The position numbers and the translations under genes were made by a program. Positions 59,101 to 64,000 of a stretch of DNA of 64,000 bases are shown piece by piece (position 1 is the first letter of the stretch; each line of letters begins with the position of its first letter). The stretch comes from a candidate division FCPU426 bacterium. Lineage in GTDB: Bacteria; Oederibacteriota; Muellerivitia; Muellerivitales; Muellerivitaceae. Below the pieces are notes generated by a model that did no database searches, was not told the origin of the DNA, and saw nothing but the letters and a program-made list of their open reading frames with translations. The stretch spans positions 1,536,001 through 1,600,000 of the forward strand of contig CAWCKJ010000004.1 of NCBI GenBank assembly GCA_963796105.1. The letters run 5' to 3'.

Positions 59101-59850
59101 ATGCTTCAACACCCTACCCTGGACAAGCTTTATCAACTGAGATTGCCCGGCATGCTCAAGGCCCTGCAAGAGCAGATGGAAAATCCTGAATGCAGTTCCT
59201 TGAGTTTCGAGGAAAGGTTCGCTTTGTTGTTGGACCGGGAGGAGATGATGAGATCCAACAGCCGCCTCACCGCCAGGCTGCAAAGGGCGAAACTACGTCT
59301 TCCGGCAACGATGGAGGACGTGGATTACCAACAGCCCCGCGGTCTAGACAAGGCGAAAATCCTGTCACTGGCATCCTGCGCTTGGCTTCGATCCCATGAC
59401 AACTGCCTGATTACAGGGCCCACGGGCTGTGGAAAGAGCTACCTAGCCTGTGCCCTGGGGCACCAGGGCTGCCGTGAAGGGTTCCACGTTCTTTACTTGA
59501 GGGTTCCCAAACTTTTCCAAGACTTGGCCCTGGCCAAGGCGGATGGACGATATGGGAAAATCCTCGTCTCCTTCTCCCACTATGACCTTTTGATCCTGGA
59601 CGATTGGGGAACGGCGGTTCTCACCGATGAGCAACGCAAGGACTTGTTTGAGATATTGGAGGACCGATATGACCGGCGATCCACCTTGGTAACTTCCCAA
59701 GTCCCGCCAAGCCATTGGCACGAAATCATCGGAGACCCGACTTTAGCTGACGCCATTCTTGACCGGCTAATCCACAACTCCCATTCCATCGTCTTGAAAG
59801 GAGAATCCATGCGGAAAAATCGTAAAATCCAGGCCAACCCTGACGGCTAA
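59101..59850 (+). CDS. istB: IS21 helper ATPase
   Basis: GPTGCGKS, LILDDWG, ADAILDRLIH, GESMR. Confidence 0.96.
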   Translation: MLQHPTLDKLYQLRLPGMLKALQEQMENPECSSLSFEERFALLLDREEMMRSNSRLTARLQRAKLRLPATMEDVDYQQPRGLDKAKILSLASCAWLRSHDNCLITGPTGCGKSYLACALGHQGCREGFHVLYLRVPKLFQDLALAKADGRYGKILVSFSHYDLLILDDWGTAVLTDEQRKDLFEILEDRYDRRSTLVTSQVPPSHWHEIIGDPTLADAILDRLIHNSHSIVLKGESMRKNRKIQANPDG

Positions 59851-60028
59851 ACCATTTTCTTCTTTCAGAATTGGTTCTTGGCCGTGTAGCATCGGAAATT
59901 AATAAATCAGTCAAAGGAATTTAAAACCAGAATAACCCCGCGTCGAACACCTTCTAAATGCGCGCTTTGGATTGGATTTAGTGCGCGGATTTAATTGGAG
60001 GGAATGCGCGCTTTCGTTGGATTATGAA

Positions 60029-60262
60029 CTCTGGAACTTCTGGAACTGGCCCTCCCTACGCATTAAGCTTCGGGAGGCAGGCCTGGAACCTTGGAACTCG
60101 GGAATCCTGGAACTCCTGGAACTGGCCCGGAACTCCGGAATTGCCCCGGAACCCCGGAACTGGCCCTCCCTACGCATTAAGCTTCGGGAGGCAGGCTTGG
60201 AACCACTGGAACTCGGGAATCTTAGAACTGTTCTGGAACCACTGGATACCGGGAATTTTAGA
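60029..60262 (+). repeat. Short (C/T)GGAAC-type repeats interleaved with two REP-like hairpins
   Basis: Many ctggaac/ccggaa units, continuing 57280-57327 across the IS21; CCTCCCTACGCATTAAGCTTCGGGAGGCAGG at 60051-60081 and 60165-60195. Confidence 0.8.
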
Positions 60263-60372
60263 AATTTAAAGCCAGGGCCCAAGTCGTAGGGCATTTCAGG
60301 GTGTTTGGCCGTCTTGATAATAGATCATTGAAATATGTACGATAGTCGTTCAATATTCAAGAAACCATTAAA

Positions 60373-61521
60373 GTGATCCAACGTCCAGAACTTATTAAAC
60401 GGATCGAGTCCGGTTTGAAATCCAGCCCCATCACCACGCTCTTGGGGCCCCGCCAATGCGGCAAGACTACCCTGGCCCGGCAGGTTTCCCAAACCGGGAA
60501 GTCCCATTACTTCGACCTGGAAAAAAGAGGGGACTTGGCGCGCCTGGAGAATCCCGAAAGGACCTTGGAGGGATTGCGGGGCATGGTGGTGTTGGACGAA
60601 ATCCAGCGCAAACCGGACCTCTTCCCCCTCTTACGGGTCCTTGCGGACCGCAAACCCCTGCCAGCCCGGTTTCTATTATTGGGCAGCGCTTCACCTTGGC
60701 TGATGAAGCACACCTCCGAATCGTTGGCGGGCCGGGTGCGTTTCATTGAAATGGGTGGTTTCGCGCCTTGGGAAGCGGGTTGGAAAAACCAGGAACTCCT
60801 TTGGGTCCGGGGGGGGTTCCCGCCTTCCTTCCTCGCCTCGACAGGAGAGGACAGCTTGGCTTGGCGTGAAAACTTCATCCAAACTTTCCTGGAAAGGGAT
60901 ATTCCCCAGCTTGAAATCCGCGTTCCAGCCGCGACCCTCGGGCGATTCTGGACGATGGTGGCCCATTACCACGCCCAGGTTTGGAACGCGTCTGAGATCG
61001 GGGCATCCCTGGGTTTCTCCCACAACGCGGCACGCCGGTACCTGGACGCGCTTTCCGGGGCTTTTGTCCTGCGCCAACTGCGGCCTTATTTCGCCAACCT
61101 TGGCAAACGGCTCGTGAAATCCCCGAAGGTCTATGTCCGGGACAGCGGTTTGTTGCACGCGCTTTTAAACCTCCGGACCATCAAGGAACTGGAGTCCCAT
61201 CCCATACTGGGCGCTTCTTGGGAGGGCTTCGCCTTGGAACAGGTCTTGCGTCTTACGGGGGAACGGAACGCCTTCTTCTGGGGAACCCATGCCGGCGCGG
61301 AATTGGACTTGCTGGTGGAGAAAGGGGGGAAACGGTGGGGCTTTGAGTTTAAGATGGATGACGCCCCCTCCTTGACTAAATCCATGCGGATGGCCTTGGG
61401 GGATTTGAAGCTGGAGCATTTGTGGGTGGTTCATCCGGGGGAAGCCGCCTACTCCTTGGACAAAAAGGTGGATGTCATTCCACTAAGCGGTTTGGAACGG
61501 CTGCCCAAAGCTTTGTATTAG
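60373..61521 (+). CDS. AAA+ ATPase (AAA_14 + DUF4143 type), paralog of 9724..10890
   Basis: GPRQCGKT, LDEIQ, SLAGR, KSPKVYVRDSG, ELDLL..FEFK. Confidence 0.92.
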   Translation: MIQRPELIKRIESGLKSSPITTLLGPRQCGKTTLARQVSQTGKSHYFDLEKRGDLARLENPERTLEGLRGMVVLDEIQRKPDLFPLLRVLADRKPLPARFLLLGSASPWLMKHTSESLAGRVRFIEMGGFAPWEAGWKNQELLWVRGGFPPSFLASTGEDSLAWRENFIQTFLERDIPQLEIRVPAATLGRFWTMVAHYHAQVWNASEIGASLGFSHNAARRYLDALSGAFVLRQLRPYFANLGKRLVKSPKVYVRDSGLLHALLNLRTIKELESHPILGASWEGFALEQVLRLTGERNAFFWGTHAGAELDLLVEKGGKRWGFEFKMDDAPSLTKSMRMALGDLKLEHLWVVHPGEAAYSLDKKVDVIPLSGLERLPKALY

Positions 61522-61611
61522 TTTTTTCCGGCGCAACTTCGCGTAAAAAAATCGGATGAATCCGTGGCTCATGCCGCCTGTCTGGCCAAGCTTTAGCGTA
61601 GCCAGATGGGT

Positions 61612-62691
61612 TTACTTTTGGGAATCGGTTTTCTTGAGGTTAATGCCGAGGCCCAGGTCGAAAGGCATTTGGGCCATGATCCGTACAGAGTTGGCGGAGG
61701 TATCCTCGATCCAATGGGCCCTCACTTCCGCGTCGAAGGTGATGCCCGAGTCGATTTCCGTGATGAATTGGGCGCCGAGTTCCTCATAAGTGCGGTTGGA
61801 AAGGTAATAAACACCGTTGTAACCGATCGAATTGTAGTTGGAATCTCCCTCAACCGAGTAAAAGTCTTTTCCGACCCAATCGATGCCGAAAAGGTTGAGC
61901 CCTGGAACCAGCCAAACCACAGCCTTGGCGTAAAAGGCCCAGCCGACTTCGGGGCCGGGATAAGCGTCCAGGTTGAGGGTCTTGCTGGTGAGACCCATGA
62001 CCGCCAGGGTATCGGGGGATTTATCCGCACCGGGGATTTTAAGGGCAGGCCCCAGGGCCACCGCGAAATTGTTCCAAACCGGTCCGGGATAGCCGACTCC
62101 GCCCATATGGTACCCGTGGAATTGTCCCATCAAGGAAAGGAAGGATGCCGCCGGTAGTTCCGCGGTGCCTCCATAGTCGAAGGTCTCCCTTTGATCCGGG
62201 GTTAAAAGGTCCTGCCAGTCGAGGAAGGCGTCCATCTTGAAGACATCCCCCGTCTGAAGCCATTGGACGCCGTATTCCACCGGCCTTGTCAGTTCCAGGA
62301 TCGTGGACTCAAGCGGCTCGATATATCCGTGGCGATGGAGGGTTTGCAGGGTCCCCATCACGCCGGTGGAATCATTGTCATGGAACCGGAAGGAAAGGAT
62401 GGGTTTAACATCAACGGAGGTGTCTTGGGCGCTGGGGTGGTCCAGGAAGATCCCGGCCCAAAACCCAGTCCGGTCGCCGGTCGTCCCATCCAAATAACTC
62501 TCGAATTGCTGGCCCAGGGTGGTCGCCCTTAAGCGGAAAGGCTCGAAGAACTCGGTGTTGTCCCCGTAACAAGTGAGGTTGTTCCTTAAGGTCACATCGT
62601 CCGCGCGGACAGCCGGGGCCGCGCATCCCAAGAGGAACACGGCTGCGAGGACTGTTTTCAAGGCAGTGTGATTCTCACGAGTTGGAGTCAT
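61612..62691 (-). CDS. Probable outer-membrane beta-barrel protein (paralog B)
   Basis: Signal peptide ending VRA-DD; DNTEFFEP..GQQ motif shared with the neighbour; start uncertain. Confidence 0.65.
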   Translation of the reverse strand: MTPTRENHTALKTVLAAVFLLGCAAPAVRADDVTLRNNLTCYGDNTEFFEPFRLRATTLGQQFESYLDGTTGDRTGFWAGIFLDHPSAQDTSVDVKPILSFRFHDNDSTGVMGTLQTLHRHGYIEPLESTILELTRPVEYGVQWLQTGDVFKMDAFLDWQDLLTPDQRETFDYGGTAELPAASFLSLMGQFHGYHMGGVGYPGPVWNNFAVALGPALKIPGADKSPDTLAVMGLTSKTLNLDAYPGPEVGWAFYAKAVVWLVPGLNLFGIDWVGKDFYSVEGDSNYNSIGYNGVYYLSNRTYEELGAQFITEIDSGITFDAEVRAHWIEDTSANSVRIMAQMPFDLGLGINLKKTDSQK

Positions 62692-63754
62692 GGTCCTCAT
62701 TTTTCTCGGTTTTCTTTTTTTTATAGACCGGCACATCGAACGGGGCGTAAACCGCCAGCCGGAAGGAATAGGCCCAGAAGTCATCAATCCAATGGGACCT
62801 TGCCTCCGTCACGAAAGAGGCGCCCCCCTCCAAAGGAAATGACTTTTGCCCGCCGATTTCCTCGTAGCTTCGGTTCGCCTGATAGAAATTCTGGTACTGG
62901 CTGTAGGAATTGTAATTGTAATCGCCTTCCTGGGACAGGAAGTTGTGGGCCGTCCAGCCGATGGCGAAGAATTCCCATCCGTTCCCGGGGTCCAGGGCGG
63001 CCTTGGCGTAGCCGCCTTGCCCCCAATCAATCCCATTCACGTTCCACCCGTCTTTCATGGTCCCGCTGGCGATCCCGAAGGCGTCCAGGTGGAGGTCGCC
63101 GAGCGAGCCCAGCGGGGTCTTGAAGCGAAGGCCCAGGGCCGGCACGTAATTGTTGTAAACCGTCACGTAATAAAGTTTTCCTCCCTCGTGGTAGCCGTGG
63201 TATTGAAACTCCAGGGACAGGGGACTGTCAGGCCAGAATTTAGCCACCCAGCCATAGTCGAAGGTCTCGGGAACGCCCGGAGTGTTCAGGAGCTGCCAAT
63301 TGAGGAAAAGATCGGCGTGGAAATCAGGATCTTTTTGGAGCCATTGGGCGCCGTATTCCACTGGGCGGGTGAATTCCAAGGTGGTGACTTCCAGGGGCTC
63401 CAGGAAACCGTGGCGGTTGACCGTTTGAAGGCTTCCCATGATCAACTGGGTGCCCCCTTCCCGGTACTCGAAGGAAATGAGGGGTTTGACCGTCAAGTCC
63501 GGGTCCGTGACACTGCGGTAGTCCGCGAAAACGCCCGCTGTCAGGAAATCCTTCCCGCCCAATCCCGCCTCCAGCCAGGTTTTTCCCTGCTGGCCCAGGA
63601 TGGTTTCCCTCAGGCGGTAAGGCTCGAAGAACTCGGTATTATCGGCGTAAAAGGTGAAATAGTTTTTCCAGGTCACGTCATCGGCGAAGGCGCGGGGGAC
63701 AAAACTGATGACAAACCCCGCGAGAAATATATATCGAAGGATTCTTCGGTTCAT
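62675..63754 (-). CDS. Probable outer-membrane beta-barrel protein (paralog A)
   Basis: Signal peptide AFA-DD; aromatic-rich amphipathic strands. Confidence 0.7.
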   Translation of the reverse strand: MNRRILRYIFLAGFVISFVPRAFADDVTWKNYFTFYADNTEFFEPYRLRETILGQQGKTWLEAGLGGKDFLTAGVFADYRSVTDPDLTVKPLISFEYREGGTQLIMGSLQTVNRHGFLEPLEVTTLEFTRPVEYGAQWLQKDPDFHADLFLNWQLLNTPGVPETFDYGWVAKFWPDSPLSLEFQYHGYHEGGKLYYVTVYNNYVPALGLRFKTPLGSLGDLHLDAFGIASGTMKDGWNVNGIDWGQGGYAKAALDPGNGWEFFAIGWTAHNFLSQEGDYNYNSYSQYQNFYQANRSYEEIGGQKSFPLEGGASFVTEARSHWIDDFWAYSFRLAVYAPFDVPVYKKKKTEKNEDHDSNS

Positions 63755-63770
63755 GTAATAGGACTCCTCG

Positions 63771-64000
63771 TTAAAAAACAGGTTTTTGACCCCAGGCTGA
63801 AACAGTCGAATAGTATATCGCGGCTTGGTTCGGGTCGCCCGCGATTTTGACGTACAGGTCCAGGTCTGATTCCGTTGCGGCTCCGGTCTGGAGGTACTGA
63901 TCCCGCAATTGCAATGCCGAGAGCCGCATGATTTCCGCCGTTCCTTTCCCCCCTTGTTCCAAAGGGGCGTAGGCCTCTTCCTTTATATTCATGAATCCCT
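63771..64000 (-). CDS. C-terminus of a protein, possibly SAM-dependent methyltransferase (partial)
   Basis: Open to the window edge; ends VSAWGQKP. Confidence 0.45.
   Translation of the reverse strand, partial: GFMNIKEEAYAPLEQGGKGTAEIMRLSALQLRDQYLQTGAATESDLDLYVKIAGDPNQAAIYYSTVSAWGQKPVF

Larger units (their letters stand above)
57328..60028 (+). mobile_element. IS21-family insertion sequence
   Basis: istA+istB; left end TGCATATTCCAATTGAAAGCGCGCAC with repeated subterminal motifs mirrored at the right; CTCTGGA duplicated at 57321-57327 and 60029-60035. Confidence 0.92.

Overview
Bacterial chromosomal window with two accessory or defence-type regions flanking a housekeeping core. Left (1-15.7 kb): the end of a probable SNF2 helicase and a SWIM protein, a 14x43-bp tandem array, and a type I restriction-modification locus (hsdM-hsdS ... 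hsdR) with rhuM, a Bro-N gene, an IS1380 and an AAA/DUF4143 ATPase stacked in front of hsdR, then two putative toxin-antitoxin pairs. Core (15.8-54.6 kb): gph, argJ, thiL, tsaE/tsaB/rimI, transporters, the full F1Fo atp operon (atpA and atpG frameshifted, probably sequencing indels), acpS, nnr, glycosylation genes, parAB, polA, MNT-HEPN and a metal-uptake cluster. Right (54.6-64 kb): a decayed TA pair, an IS1595 remnant in a broken NHL lipoprotein gene, a palindrome cluster, a 22-bp-period array, an IS21, a second AAA ATPase and two paralogous probable outer-membrane proteins. The most striking non-genic observations are: (1) six 25-bp 12-1-12 palindromes with variable cores, one inside rhuM, one inside the Bro-N gene and four in silent gene fragments between them; (2) repeated copies of the hsdR 5' end and of a small two-hairpin element that punctuate the accessory genes like cassettes; (3) the same two-hairpin element, a 47-bp leader and related 21/22-bp-period arrays at two loci about 55 kb apart. 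I saw no rRNA, tRNA or CRISPR. All product calls are by motif recognition; no database searches were run.
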